Positions 17,276 through 27,440 are shown, numbered from the stretch's first letter. The stretch is DNA of 64,000 nucleotides from Candidatus Woesearchaeota archaeon UBA525 (GCA_002498125.1 DAGG01000013.1:18196-82195), one strand, 5' to 3'. Numbers and translations are program-made. Notes: a model not told the origin generated them from the sequence alone.

Positions 17276-17347
17276 CGCCCCCGCGAGGAATTGAACCCCG
17301 ATCTCCAGGACCGCAACCTAGTGGTCTATCCGTTAGCCTACGGGGGC
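17276..17347 (-). tRNA. tRNA-Arg (anticodon GCG), CCA not encoded
   Basis: Manual fold GCCCCCG-TA-GGCT-AACGGAT-AGAC-CA-CTAGG-TTGCGGT-CCTGG-AGAT-CGGGG-TTCAATT-CCTCG-CGGGGGC-G. TATA gcTTTTTAAAc about 35 nt upstream. Confidence 0.7.
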
Positions 17348-17389
17348 AGACGTACTCGCAAGAGATTCAGGGGTGCTTTTTAAACGTTG

Positions 17390-17830
17390 CTAAAAGAATG
17401 TGAGTGCTGCATAGAGCGGGAGTGCCGTCATAGGCATCCATGCGCTCCGCTGCAGCAGGAGCTTGAGTTTCTTTGTGGTCACACCTTGCAAGAATGCGAG
17501 CACGAGCAGGAGCGTGTAGACTGTGGCTTGCGTACCCGCGGGCAATAATGTTGCTGCTGCAGCCACAATGCCCGCCACTGGCGCATAAGCTATCGCGAGC
17601 CATCTGCGCAGAACGACGAGCACCACTGGCACGCCGATTGCCAGCCACATCTGGCCGTAACTGTAGAGCGCGAGGCCGACGCTTATCGCGAGCAATGCAT
17701 CCATTCCGAAGATAAGATACTTACGCGCAGGCACGACCTCATCCTGGACGCCGTTGCCAACCTTCCATCCTATGAAGAATGTGATATAGATGATGAAGAT
17801 GATGGCGATGAATGGAAGGATTGTAAGCAT
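17390..17830 (-). CDS. polytopic membrane protein, unknown function
   Basis: Four or five hydrophobic helices. Confidence 0.4.
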   Translation of the reverse strand: MLTILPFIAIIFIIYITFFIGWKVGNGVQDEVVPARKYLIFGMDALLAISVGLALYSYGQMWLAIGVPVVLVVLRRWLAIAYAPVAGIVAAAATLLPAGTQATVYTLLLVLAFLQGVTTKKLKLLLQRSAWMPMTALPLYAALTFF

Positions 17831-18000
17831 GGTTCATCGACCTCTCCCGCGATTATTAAACTCTTTGGTGCCTGTGCCGCGGACATTTACCTATGGAAGA
17901 TCTCGCCGCTGCACTGTCGCGCTCATTCCATTCGCGCGTCGCAGCGGCTCAGAACTACTCCAAGGCGGCACTAAGCAGATGTCGATGTGACTGGTATTCC

Positions 18001-18444
18001 CTAGTCGTGGCAATTCTGGGGCGTGCTGCCCACCTTACAACCGCAGGGCGTACCTGAGAGGTTGAGTTCGCCAGATCCTGGTCCGATGCCTGTGTAGGCG
18101 TTGCCTTCGTCATCGAAGATATACGTCAGGTTGCCGGCCTCATCGCGCAGGAAGATGCAGAAATCGTTCTCCACACCCAGTTCTACCTTGAGACCCTCAT
18201 AGTCTGTGCGAGCACGCTCGAGCAGAACCTTGAGACGGTCATTATCTATCTGGTTGTTATCGCCCAGACGAAGGCTCGGGTCCTCCGAGAGCTTTGTCGC
18301 TATCAATTCGGACTCTATGCGTAGCGGCGCCACATTCTCATGGTCCTTGCTCGCGAGAAGAGTGTAGATGATGCCGACGGCAATCATGAAGATGAGCACG
18401 CCGAGAATCAAGTCCATAGACCAAGCTTGTCCTTTCCCACCCAT
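18001..18444 (-). CDS. secreted/pilin-like protein with class III-type signal peptide
   Basis: MGGKG|QAWSMDLILGVLIFMIAVGIIYTLL. Start taken at the internal Met (18444). Confidence 0.4.
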   Translation of the reverse strand: MGGKGQAWSMDLILGVLIFMIAVGIIYTLLASKDHENVAPLRIESELIATKLSEDPSLRLGDNNQIDNDRLKVLLERARTDYEGLKVELGVENDFCIFLRDEAGNLTYIFDDEGNAYTGIGPGSGELNLSGTPCGCKVGSTPQNCHD

Positions 18445-18663
18445 GAGCAACCATGCAGAACCAGCGTTTATAAAGGTTATTCTCAAGCGCAGCACAGTGA
18501 AGAGAACTGCCCGCAGCAGAAATCGCAGCAGAAAACGGTCAGCACGACGAGAATTTGCGAAAAGTATATAAATAAGTAATGCACAAGTTTTTTAAAATTA
18601 GCGTCGTGAGACGCTTTAGCTCGTCCCAGGTGACGGGCGAGACCAGAAAAGGGGGGAGTTACC

Positions 18664-19587
18664 ATGTCTCTAGTCAAGAAGTGCCCAGAATGCGGCGGAA
18701 TGAACCTCTGGTTCAACACCGACAAGGGTGAAGTCATCTGCCGCGATTGCGGACTCGTTGTCGAGGACAAGCTCGTCGACTTCGACCAGGAATGGCGCGA
18801 ATTTGATTCTGACGCTGCCGCACGCAAGCGCCGCACCGGCGCCCCGATGTCCTACACCCAGTTCGACCAGGGCCTCGGCACAGATGTCGGCCGCAAAGGC
18901 GACCTGTACGCGCTCGGCGCCAAGAACAAGAACAAGTTCTTCCGCCTGCGCAAGTGGCAGCAGCGCATCAGTACAGCGATCGAGCGCAACCTCAAGCTTG
19001 CACTCGCAGAACTCAAGCGCGTCTCCAGCTACCTCAAGCTCCCACGTTCAGTGGAGGAGGAAGCGAGCCGCGTCTACACGCTCGCAGTCCAGAAAGGCCT
19101 TGTCCGTGGACGCAGTATGGAATCAGTCGTCGCAGGCGCGCTCTACGCAGCATGCCGCCGCCACGACGTGCCACGCACGCTCGATGAACTCAGCGAAGCT
19201 TCAGGCATCGAGAAGAAGGAGATAGGACGCACCTACCGCTTCATCACGCGCGAGCTTGGCATCAAGATCCTGCCCAGCAACCCTGCGGACTACATCGCCC
19301 GCTTCGCGAGCGCCCTGAACCTGTCTGCTGAGACGCAGAGCAAGTCTGTCGAGATCATCGAGCAGGCGCAGGAGATCGAGCTCACCAGCGGTCGCGGCCC
19401 GACAGGCATCGCCGCAGCAGCGCTCTACGTCGCCGCGCTCATCCACGGCGAGAAGCGCACGCAGCGCGAGGTCGCTGATGTCGCGGGCGTGACAGAGGTC
19501 ACGATAAGGAACCGCTACAAGGAGCTGCTCTCGGAACTTGAGCTCGAGAAGGAGATCAAGAAGACGAAGAAGAAAAAGGCGGAGTAG
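18664..19587 (+). CDS. tfb: transcription initiation factor IIB (TFB)
   Basis: N-terminal Zn ribbon CPECGG...CRDCG and two cyclin-fold repeats; 307 aa. Confidence 0.9.
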   Translation: MSLVKKCPECGGMNLWFNTDKGEVICRDCGLVVEDKLVDFDQEWREFDSDAAARKRRTGAPMSYTQFDQGLGTDVGRKGDLYALGAKNKNKFFRLRKWQQRISTAIERNLKLALAELKRVSSYLKLPRSVEEEASRVYTLAVQKGLVRGRSMESVVAGALYAACRRHDVPRTLDELSEASGIEKKEIGRTYRFITRELGIKILPSNPADYIARFASALNLSAETQSKSVEIIEQAQEIELTSGRGPTGIAAAALYVAALIHGEKRTQREVADVAGVTEVTIRNRYKELLSELELEKEIKKTKKKKAE

Positions 19588-19618
19588 TCCTTCTTTCCTT
19601 ATTCATTCTCTTTTTCCA

Positions 19619-20428
19619 CTATTTCTTATCCTTGAGGAACAGCTTCACCTCATCCGACAGCAATCCATCCACGCCACGCCGCTTGAGCAGAGCGCCCTCA
19701 AGACGCGTGTTCACAACGAATGGATAGACCTTCCACCCCTTGGTATGGGCGAGCTTTACGAGTTTAGAGCTGCAGAAGCGATGGTAGACCTGGATGCTGT
19801 AAAGCGGCAGGTCGGGAAGAGAGGAGAGGTAGTGTTGGTTCGTGAAACCGACCCTCTTCTTCATGTCGAACCTCTGCTCCGTATTGAACTTCATAACAAT
19901 ATGGTGCCTACTGACGCGCTCAGGCATTGTACCCTTCACGAGCTTCAGCGCCGAGTGGATAGGTACATAGCTCAGGCCCAGCCTAATTGAGGGTTCGAGC
20001 TTGTGCACACGGCGCAGCACCTCAGGTTCCCAAGCTATGACTATCACGCGCTCTTGCACGTCACTCTGCTGAATGAGGCGAACGAGCTGGCGCTCCTCAC
20101 CCACATCCTTGACATCGATCATGAGCTCCTTGCCCTCGCCGTGTGCTGCGAAGAGGGCGAGCATATGGCCGAGCAGCGTGACCTCGCGCTTGAGCTTGCT
20201 GTACGTGTGCTCGTGCACCTGGAAGACTATCTGCTTCTCAGTCTTGAGGAACGGATTGTGGATGACCACCCATTTGCGGTCCTTGGTGAGACGCACATCG
20301 AACTCAATCATGCGCACAGGTGATGAGATCGCTGCCTGCATCGCCTGCACCGTGTTCTCGCGGAAGCCGAACCCTAGGCAGCGGTGCGCGATGACTTCGA
20401 AATCAGAACGCGTGGCGTTTTCGCTCAA
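19619..20428 (-). CDS. glycerophosphodiester phosphodiesterase (GDPD family)
   Basis: HRCLG...EFDVR motifs. Confidence 0.7.
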   Translation of the reverse strand: MSENATRSDFEVIAHRCLGFGFRENTVQAMQAAISSPVRMIEFDVRLTKDRKWVVIHNPFLKTEKQIVFQVHEHTYSKLKREVTLLGHMLALFAAHGEGKELMIDVKDVGEERQLVRLIQQSDVQERVIVIAWEPEVLRRVHKLEPSIRLGLSYVPIHSALKLVKGTMPERVSRHHIVMKFNTEQRFDMKKRVGFTNQHYLSSLPDLPLYSIQVYHRFCSSKLVKLAHTKGWKVYPFVVNTRLEGALLKRRGVDGLLSDEVKLFLKDKK

Positions 20429-20723
20429 ACCCCACCACCTTACAGTCCTCTACCATCACTCCTTCCGCCTCGAGCATCGCTATCTTCACCTGTATACCCT
20501 GCCCTTCAGTCTCTCCGAAGAATCCGCCGATGGTACCGTCGCTCGATATGACACGATGACACGGCACATCAGGCATGCCAGGGCTGCGACGCATCGCCTG
20601 GCCGACAGCACGACATGCGCCAGTGCCAAGCGCATATGCGATATCGCGATAGGTCGTCACTCTGCCCGCAGGCACCTGCCGCACGAGGGCATGCACATGT
20701 TGCGTAAAAGTGATTGGTTTCAT
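20403..20723 (-). CDS. ogt: methylated-DNA-protein-cysteine methyltransferase (short form, DNA-binding/active-site domain only)
   Basis: PCHRV active-site motif; 106 aa. Confidence 0.7.
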   Translation of the reverse strand: MKPITFTQHVHALVRQVPAGRVTTYRDIAYALGTGACRAVGQAMRRSPGMPDVPCHRVISSDGTIGGFFGETEGQGIQVKIAMLEAEGVMVEDCKVVGFERKRHAF

Positions 20724-21223
20724 CTCAGTTCGTAGATGCGCATCCGTTTGCGCACCCCTGCCGTCTGCATAGCCCTCGTCCCTTTAAATGTTGCTCCGTG
20801 ATTCTCCAATGAGCGCCACGACCTGATGTTCCCCTCCTCAACCGATGCCCATAGCAAGTATCCGCGCCGTGACGCCGCTCGCTTGAGCGCATCTAAGGTC
20901 TCATGAGTGACACCGGTGCCCCAGAGGCGCGGATGGAGGGCGTGGCCGAACTCCGCACGTTTTCGCCGGCGGTCGATGCTCTTGATATGGAAATCCCCGA
21001 CAACCGCGCCTGTACTTTTATCGACGATCATGTACACGTAACGCGTGCCTCGCTCCCATTCCTGGAGATAGTGCAGCAACTCGTTCCGCGCATACACAAT
21101 GCTCGGAACAGGAGGCCAGGAAAGGCCTTCGGTAGCCATGCGCTTGACGATGAGGTTGTTGAACGATTTCCACGCTGCGGCATCCTCAATACTTACCTTG
21201 CGCAGCACTGTGCGCGCAGTCGT
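20720..21223 (-). CDS. GNAT family N-acetyltransferase (RimL-like)
   Basis: GNAT core (VGDFHIK...RRKRAEFGHAL). Start chosen at MTTARTVL to avoid overlap with the kinase gene; the track ORF extends to 21328. Confidence 0.5.
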   Translation of the reverse strand, partial: TTARTVLRKVSIEDAAAWKSFNNLIVKRMATEGLSWPPVPSIVYARNELLHYLQEWERGTRYVYMIVDKSTGAVVGDFHIKSIDRRRKRAEFGHALHPRLWGTGVTHETLDALKRAASRRGYLLWASVEEGNIRSWRSLENHGATFKGTRAMQTAGVRKRMRIYELR

Positions 21224-21239
21224 CATCCTGGACGGGAAG

Positions 21240-21839
21240 TCATGCGCCACGGATAGTCTCCAGCATGCGCTCATATGCGGGCTTGCCGTGGTCTTTCTTG
21301 TACGCCTTGGCATGGGCGAGCATCGCATCGCGCGGCACCTCGATGCCTTTTGCCGAGAGCAGCGTCGTCATGTCGCGGCCAGTGATCCACTGGCAGACCT
21401 GGGTGACGTTCTTCGGGTTCTCAGTCCTACGCGCTCGTTCGAAGTCGATGAACACCGGCTCGTCGTCGCGCATGAGGATGTGCTTGTGCGGGTGCGTCAT
21501 CTCCTGCTTGTTGATTCCAAGCAGGTCGAGCTGCCTGCACTGCGCGATGACGCGTTCAAGCGCGCGCTTGATGCGCGGTTTCGTTGCGCCGGGGATCCAG
21601 TCCATCATCTCTGGACCGTCGATGTACTCGCGGACAAGGACTCCGTCGCGGTACGCGATGAAGAGCGGGCCGATGCTTTCCTTGTTCACTGCTTTGAGCA
21701 TCTCTGCCTCGTGCGCTATCGTGTCGACGACAGAAGAGGGATTGCGCTCCTTGAGCAGCACCTTACGGTCGCCGATATACGCCGTGGACACGAGACCGCG
21801 CTTGCCTTTGGCGAACTGCTCCTTGCGCTCCAGCTTCAT
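21240..21839 (-). CDS. small atypical protein kinase (Bud32/RIO/KdkA-like fold)
   Basis: About 200 aa. Gly-rich loop KGKRGLVSTAY, conserved Lys in VLLK and Glu in EAEML, catalytic segment HPHKHILMRDD...IDFE. The usual HGD motif is replaced by HKH. Confidence 0.5.
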   Translation of the reverse strand: MKLERKEQFAKGKRGLVSTAYIGDRKVLLKERNPSSVVDTIAHEAEMLKAVNKESIGPLFIAYRDGVLVREYIDGPEMMDWIPGATKPRIKRALERVIAQCRQLDLLGINKQEMTHPHKHILMRDDEPVFIDFERARRTENPKNVTQVCQWITGRDMTTLLSAKGIEVPRDAMLAHAKAYKKDHGKPAYERMLETIRGA

Positions 21840-22417
21840 TGCGCATCCCGTTCCGGCAGCCATATGCGGTAGACGTAGAGGCGCTCGAAGAACTCCGCGA
21901 GCTGCGCGAGCTCCTCATGCAGGTAGCCGAGGCGCTTGAGTTCCATGTCGATACGGTCGCGGTTCGTGAGACTGGAGAAGAGGAAGAGGATCTGCCCGCC
22001 CGGTGCGAGGTACTCCTTCGCCTCCGCGAGGAACTTGACCGCAAACTCGTAGCCCTGCGGCCCACCGTAGAGCGCGGGATCAGTGTCCTTCTCCTCATCA
22101 GGAAGATAGGGAGGATTGCAGATGATAGTATCGAAGCGCTGCCCGTCCAGTACGTCGAACATGTCGCTCTGGAGCACGACCATCGACCTGATGCGTGGGT
22201 CCATTTCCTTGAGCGTCTCGATGCGCCGCGCAACATGCACGATAGCTAAAGGGTTGATGTCCACAGCAGTGATCTCCTTCACCTTGGAGTTCTCTGCCGC
22301 GATGAAAGCCTGCACACCGCTGCCCGTCCCCATATCGAGGACACGACCACGCGCGAGCAGCCTCACGTAGCGCGCGAGCAGGTCCGAATCCTCGCGTGGT
22401 TCGTAGACTGAAGACAT
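21836..22417 (-). CDS. prmC: protein-(glutamine-N5) methyltransferase, HemK/Mtq2-like
   Basis: NPPY motif and SAM-binding DMGTGSG. Confidence 0.75.
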   Translation of the reverse strand: MSSVYEPREDSDLLARYVRLLARGRVLDMGTGSGVQAFIAAENSKVKEITAVDINPLAIVHVARRIETLKEMDPRIRSMVVLQSDMFDVLDGQRFDTIICNPPYLPDEEKDTDPALYGGPQGYEFAVKFLAEAKEYLAPGGQILFLFSSLTNRDRIDMELKRLGYLHEELAQLAEFFERLYVYRIWLPERDAQ

Positions 22418-22426
22418 GCGCGCCTC

Positions 22427-22909
22427 CTAGCGCACCAAGAATACCTTGTCGATCTCATCGACATACTCCTTGACACGGGCGATGATCGATGCGAGGTAGT
22501 ACTTCTCGATGTTCTCCTCGAAGATGGATTTGAGCATCGTGCGTTCGCGGATGCGGTAGTTGTTCTTCACCTTCTCCACGATGAACAGGTCACGCAGGCG
22601 CAGGAGCTGGCGGCGGATGTTCGACGGTGCAATGCCGAGGAGCTCAAGCCCTGATGACTTGCGCTTCTCAATGACCCGGTGCTCGACCTCTGTGGATGTC
22701 AGCTCGGTGTCGGCCTCAAGCATAACCTGCAGGACATCGACGACGACATCGCGCGAGTCCCCTGGCTGCAGGAGCCCGAGGCTCAAGCAGAGCTTGCGGA
22801 CGAGTTCTCTTTTAGACTCGCCGCTAGGTTTCTCATACTTGCGAAGCGTTATTTCAGCTAGCGGTGTATCGACGCTGATCTTTGCCAAAAATATCCCCCA
22901 ACAATTCAT
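22427..22909 (-). CDS. winged-helix-like putative transcriptional regulator
   Basis: Start at MNCWGIF, supported by TTTATATAA about 22 nt upstream on the minus strand. No confident family assignment. Confidence 0.35.
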   Translation of the reverse strand: MNCWGIFLAKISVDTPLAEITLRKYEKPSGESKRELVRKLCLSLGLLQPGDSRDVVVDVLQVMLEADTELTSTEVEHRVIEKRKSSGLELLGIAPSNIRRQLLRLRDLFIVEKVKNNYRIRERTMLKSIFEENIEKYYLASIIARVKEYVDEIDKVFLVR

Positions 22910-23109
22910 TTGAGAGTTGTACCTTATATAAAGTTTTTGATAGAAAGTTTTCATCAAAGCACGTGGTGCGCCTCCTCTGCTCAGAGGTGACACCCCTGGA
23001 TAGCTGCAAGGATAAGAGGCGACCGCGTCAGAAGCAGCATCGCATATGGCATCACTAATCTAATAGCACAGGGAAATGTTTATAATGAATTGTTAAGCGC
23101 AATCGGTGC

Positions 23110-23280
23110 ATGAGCCACAAAGAGGAGAACCTGGAGACGATGCTCGACGGGATATGCGGGAAGTGCGATACGCCGCAGGACATCAGGTTCGATGAGAGAT
23201 GGGAGCTCGGCACGCTGTACATGGTCGGCTGCTGCCCGGGCTGTAGCTACGAACACAGCATCCCTGTTAAAAAGATATGA
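23110..23280 (+). CDS. 56-aa zinc-ribbon protein (CGKC...CCPGC)
   Basis: TATA tgTTTATAATg about 26 nt upstream. Under 60 aa, so absent from the ORF track. Confidence 0.4.
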   Translation: MSHKEENLETMLDGICGKCDTPQDIRFDERWELGTLYMVGCCPGCSYEHSIPVKKI

Positions 23281-23337
23281 CTGACATCACCAAAAGATTC
23301 TTTAACCATACCCCGAGCACCCTATTAAGGTGGTAAC

Positions 23338-23859
23338 ATGGGGTACACGTCATCCAACTATACAGACGACCACACGCTCGTCTACATCGCACATCCGATC
23401 TCCGGCGACATCATCGGGAATATCACGAAAGTGCTCGCTATAGCACGGCAGCTGCACGTGGAGGAGAACGTCATCCCCCTGACGCCCTACATCTCATACC
23501 TGCTCTACCTCGATGACCATTCCGAGAAGGAACGCATGATGGGGGTCATCGGCGACAAGGCTCAGATTGCCCGTGCTGCGGAAAGGATAGAGATATTCGG
23601 CCCAAAAATAAGCACCGGTATAAAATATGAAGCTCTGTTCGGAAAACAGCTCGTGAAACCGATTACCCTGCGCAATCCTGAGCTGATTAATGACCTCGGA
23701 GAGGTGTTAAATGGGTATAAGTTCACAGTCAGGCCGTTCGAGCTCAAGAGGGAATACATGGATTCAGTTGAGTGCAATCTCGCGGGCCTTGTCAACAATG
23801 CGCGATGGCTTGAAAAGGTAACGCGGTTCGCACAACTCTACGACACGCGACGTACGTAA
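23338..23859 (+). CDS. hypothetical protein, possibly DUF4406 / nucleoside 2-deoxyribosyltransferase-like
   Basis: N-terminus LVYIAHPISGD resembles DUF4406. SD AAGGTGG upstream. Confidence 0.3.
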   Translation: MGYTSSNYTDDHTLVYIAHPISGDIIGNITKVLAIARQLHVEENVIPLTPYISYLLYLDDHSEKERMMGVIGDKAQIARAAERIEIFGPKISTGIKYEALFGKQLVKPITLRNPELINDLGEVLNGYKFTVRPFELKREYMDSVECNLAGLVNNARWLEKVTRFAQLYDTRRT

Positions 23860-24774
23860 CTAGTCATCGTCCTGAGTTAGGACCTTGCAGCCGGTCTTCG
23901 TAATCATGAACGTGTTCTCGCGCTGCGCGACGATCCCGCCTGAGCGCTCAAGAAGCGGCGGGTACTCCGAGAGCATGCGCGCGCGTCGCAGCTCAGTGAG
24001 ACCGAGCAATGCCTTCGACCCGATCTCTCGCGTCAGCCACCTCGTCGTGAACGGCAGGCCACCGTAAGACTGAATGAGCGCGAGCGCCTCGCGGCCTGAT
24101 GGCGTGCGCGCGCCGCGCGCTGCTGTAAGCGCAAAGAGCGTGGGGTTCGAGCCGTTATAGATGAGGCCGGCTGTGCCGGTCGTCGCGAACGGCTCGACAG
24201 CGACCACCTGGTGCTCTATGAGCGGTTTCGTCTCCCCTGTGGGCACGTTCGGCATGCTCGGGCTCGTATGAATGATGAACCTGCCGACACCGTGACCACT
24301 GAGGTTGCGGACCGGGCGCATACCTTTGCTTTCGATGGCTTCGCTGATAGCGACACCGACTTCGTGGGGCGTGCATCCTGGACGCAGCACTGCTTGCGCG
24401 GCGTTGACCGCGTCGACCGCCGCCTGCACGAGCGCCTTGTGCTCTCCGCTGAGATCGACGGTGATCGCGGTGTCGCCGATGTACCCGTCATGGTGCGCGC
24501 CGACATCGAGCTTCACCACGTCGCCCTCCTTGTAAATGACTTCATCGACATCTGTCGGGCAGAAGTGCGCAGCGACGTTGCTGATGCTCGACTGTGCAGG
24601 GAACGCGATGCCACACCCCTTTTTGAGAATGTATTCCTCGACGCTGTCGAGTACCTCGCGCATGTTCGCGCCGGGCTTGATTTGCTTCGCGCCGTGACGG
24701 AGCGCTCCTGCAGCGACACGGCCTGCGATCTCATACGATTTGCGTATCTCAGGCGTCGGTGCGAGGTTTTCCAT
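23860..24774 (-). CDS. map: methionine aminopeptidase, type 2 (archaeal)
   Basis: Pita-bread fold metal ligands (D...D...H...E...E); 304 aa. Confidence 0.85.
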   Translation of the reverse strand: MENLAPTPEIRKSYEIAGRVAAGALRHGAKQIKPGANMREVLDSVEEYILKKGCGIAFPAQSSISNVAAHFCPTDVDEVIYKEGDVVKLDVGAHHDGYIGDTAITVDLSGEHKALVQAAVDAVNAAQAVLRPGCTPHEVGVAISEAIESKGMRPVRNLSGHGVGRFIIHTSPSMPNVPTGETKPLIEHQVVAVEPFATTGTAGLIYNGSNPTLFALTAARGARTPSGREALALIQSYGGLPFTTRWLTREIGSKALLGLTELRRARMLSEYPPLLERSGGIVAQRENTFMITKTGCKVLTQDDD

Positions 24775-24895
24775 CCTCCAGCAAAATCCCTACCGTATAA
24801 AAAGGTATCCTGGATATGACCTGTTAGGTCTGCTGGATATGACTCACTGCGACAGGTGACAAAGCTTTTTATTCAGTTGAAGCAGTGGCAGACCT

Positions 24896-25417
24896 GTGAA
24901 GGAGACTGAACTCTTCAGGAAAGCGGATCACGACCCCGCATCCAAGGACGCGAAAGACGCTCTCAGGCTCATTGAGTTCCTCGAAGAGCGCAATGCCAAG
25001 CTCGTGGAGCTTGAGCAAGAGGAGGAGAATGCATCTTTCGGCGCGAAGCTCGCTGACAAGGTTGCCGCTGTCGGTGGCAGCTGGGGATTCATCATCTCCT
25101 TCGTAACCGTGCTGATGATTTGGGTGGCGCTGAATGCCACTGCTGCAATCGGCATCTGGGATCCCTACCCCTTCATACTCCTCAACCTCTTCCTCTCCAC
25201 TGTCGCGGCACTGCAAGCACCAATCATCCTCATGAGCCAGAACCGCCAGGCCACGCGCGACAGGTTGCGCATGTGGATAGACCTTGAGCGCGACCGCCTC
25301 GATCTGGAGGTGGACACGTTCGCAGCCAAGGTCACACGTGATGCGTTCCTCAAGTTGCACGAGATGGATGAGAGGATGAAGAGAATAGAGAAGCTAGTGA
25401 GCAAGAAGAAACGCTAG
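24896..25417 (+). CDS. DUF1003 family membrane protein
   Basis: Motifs SWGFI and PYPFILLNL; two TM helices. Confidence 0.55.
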   Translation: MKETELFRKADHDPASKDAKDALRLIEFLEERNAKLVELEQEEENASFGAKLADKVAAVGGSWGFIISFVTVLMIWVALNATAAIGIWDPYPFILLNLFLSTVAALQAPIILMSQNRQATRDRLRMWIDLERDRLDLEVDTFAAKVTRDAFLKLHEMDERMKRIEKLVSKKKR

Positions 25418-25797
25418 TTCCTCATCTTGCCGAACACGCTCGTGGCATTCAAGTAAGCGGCGTTGACGCCTACGAAAACCAGTCTCTGCTCGAACATCTT
25501 ATAGCCTAATTCTTCTGTTTCACGGCGCGAGCGGTATGCCTGAACCGGGTGCAAGAGCGCACTGATGCCACGAAGCTGGTGGTCACATGCGCTTTTGTAG
25601 TTGGCATTAATCTCGGTGAAACCATTTTGCGCCCTCTGCCTCTCCACGAGGAGTTTATTGCACAGGTCCTGCTGATCGCGTAGGAGCGTCTTCTTCCAGC
25701 CCTTTAAATCAGGCCTGTCGATGAACTCGTTATAGAGATTTGACTGCTCATTCGCCTGCTTGATGAGTTGTGCTGTGGATTCGTCCATGATGCTCAC
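25414..25797 (-). CDS. hypothetical protein
   Basis: ORF only. Confidence 0.3.
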   Translation of the reverse strand: MSIMDESTAQLIKQANEQSNLYNEFIDRPDLKGWKKTLLRDQQDLCNKLLVERQRAQNGFTEINANYKSACDHQLRGISALLHPVQAYRSRRETEELGYKMFEQRLVFVGVNAAYLNATSVFGKMRN

Positions 25798-25799
25798 TC

Positions 25800-26327
25800 C
25801 TAGTAGATTATCGCTACGACAACGCGCTCAATCTGGTGGAAACGTACGCGGCCAGGGTCACTCGTGGGCAGGTTGTCTCCCTTCATGATGAAGTAGGTCC
25901 CCTGCTCATCCTGTCCCTTGTACACGACGCGATGGATGATGCTGCCTTCTGCGTATACGCTCCTGTAGCTCACGATGTCGCCGACCTTCAGGTCGTCCTC
26001 GTTCTCAGGGACTAGCTCTATCGCGTTCGATCCCTTGAAGATCACCGGTTCCATGCTATGCGTGTCGGTGAAGGTGGCCCACTGCGCGTTCTGGATGTCC
26101 AGGATGATGCGTTCCTTGTAGACCTCGATTGCCTTCTCAGGCACGCGGTCCATTGGGTTCTCCTTCGCAGACACCGGTTGCGGCAACACAGCGGCCGCTG
26201 CGAGCAGCACACCGTCACCGTACTCGCCATCAGTCCACGTGTCCTGCTGGCTGAGCGCTAAGTAGTTGCCGGCCACGAGTCCGGTCATGAACACAATGAA
26301 TACGATGAATGCCTTGAAGAGTTTCAT
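25800..26327 (-). CDS. signal peptidase I (S26 family)
   Basis: N-terminal anchor, SMEP catalytic Ser motif and KGDNLPTSDPG box-E-like motif. Confidence 0.6.
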   Translation of the reverse strand: MKLFKAFIVFIVFMTGLVAGNYLALSQQDTWTDGEYGDGVLLAAAAVLPQPVSAKENPMDRVPEKAIEVYKERIILDIQNAQWATFTDTHSMEPVIFKGSNAIELVPENEDDLKVGDIVSYRSVYAEGSIIHRVVYKGQDEQGTYFIMKGDNLPTSDPGRVRFHQIERVVVAIIY

Positions 26328-26525
26328 TGTCAGTCCCCCAGCATTCCTGAGGGGAAGAATACTTTAAATACTTTTCTAAATGTAACCACTTAGTAGAGGT
26401 AACATTAATGAAATCTAGACGGGAAACATATAAACAACTATATGGAAAATAAATAATAAATACTTAAAAACTACCTCGGCATGAACAAGAGAAAAGCTAA
26501 AGAGAAGAATAGAAGAGAAGGAAGC

Positions 26526-26981
26526 TCACTCAATGAGGAGCTTGATGCGCTCTGGATCGTACGACCAGTCCGCCGCGAGCCTGCCTGTGCTCTTGTAGTG
26601 CTTCGCGAGACGGTTGATCTTGTTCTCAGCAAGACGCAGGCCGCGCTTGGCAGTCATGTCCTTCTTGTTCTCGTCCATGTGCTTCTTCACGAAGACGACC
26701 TTGCGGATGAGAGCCATGATATCCTCAGGGATGTCGGTGAGAAGCTCCTTCTCAGCGAGAATCTGCGAGACGCTCTTGTCAGTGACGAGCTTCACGCTCG
26801 GGATGCCGTACTCGTCGCGCAGCAGGATACCGATCTGCGACGGGCTCTTGCCCTCCTTAGCGTACTTCACGACGAGGAGTTCAGTCTCCTTCGGCGTCTG
26901 TGCGAGCCATGCCGGCTTCGTCGGACTGCTCGGTCTTGTCGAACCGCTCTTGCCACGTGCGTGGCTGTGCATTCTTGCCAT
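26526..26981 (-). CDS. rps15: 30S ribosomal protein S15 (uS15, archaeal S15P/S13e)
   Basis: Internal Met start MARMHSHARGKSGSTRP. The track ORF adds 30 upstream codons that are likely untranslated. Confidence 0.85.
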   Translation of the reverse strand: MARMHSHARGKSGSTRPSSPTKPAWLAQTPKETELLVVKYAKEGKSPSQIGILLRDEYGIPSVKLVTDKSVSQILAEKELLTDIPEDIMALIRKVVFVKKHMDENKKDMTAKRGLRLAENKINRLAKHYKSTGRLAADWSYDPERIKLLIE

Positions 26982-27182
26982 ATTGTGCCTCCAAGCAGAG
27001 CACTTGGATTGAGAGAATGACCTCTCGCGTCCAGTATGCGGAAGCAACCAGGCAAGCCTGTACCGCCGCATCTCTCTGCGTATGCAAGGGAGAACAGGGG
27101 ACCCTTTTTAAAATTACCGTCAATGAGGACACGGACATGACCGAAAACCTCCAGAACGCATTTAAGGAGGCATTGCCCTCAG

Positions 27183-27440
27183 ATGCACATGGCCACCCTT
27201 GAGAAAATCACAGACGACTACCGCCCGCAGTACCTGACAAAGATTCCCGCAGACATCATGCAAGAGGAACTCGTGGAGATGGACAAGAGCCTCATGCCTG
27301 GCGCTGAGGAGATGGCGATGCTGCGCCGAAGAGACAGAGTCATCAACAGCGTGAAGAGCCACATGCATGAGTATGGCACTCTCTACGCAGGGCTCGGACT
27401 CACTGCAGCAGTCATCGTCATGGCCTACTACAACAGGTAA
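27183..27440 (+). CDS. hypothetical small protein with C-terminal TM helix
   Basis: SD AAGGAGG upstream. Confidence 0.3.
   Translation: MHMATLEKITDDYRPQYLTKIPADIMQEELVEMDKSLMPGAEEMAMLRRRDRVINSVKSHMHEYGTLYAGLGLTAAVIVMAYYNR

Noticed and set aside
21099-21939. Two long plus-strand ORFs (257 and 224 aa)
   Set aside because: They are antisense to the kinase and HemK genes. They are Arg/Ser-rich with no motifs.
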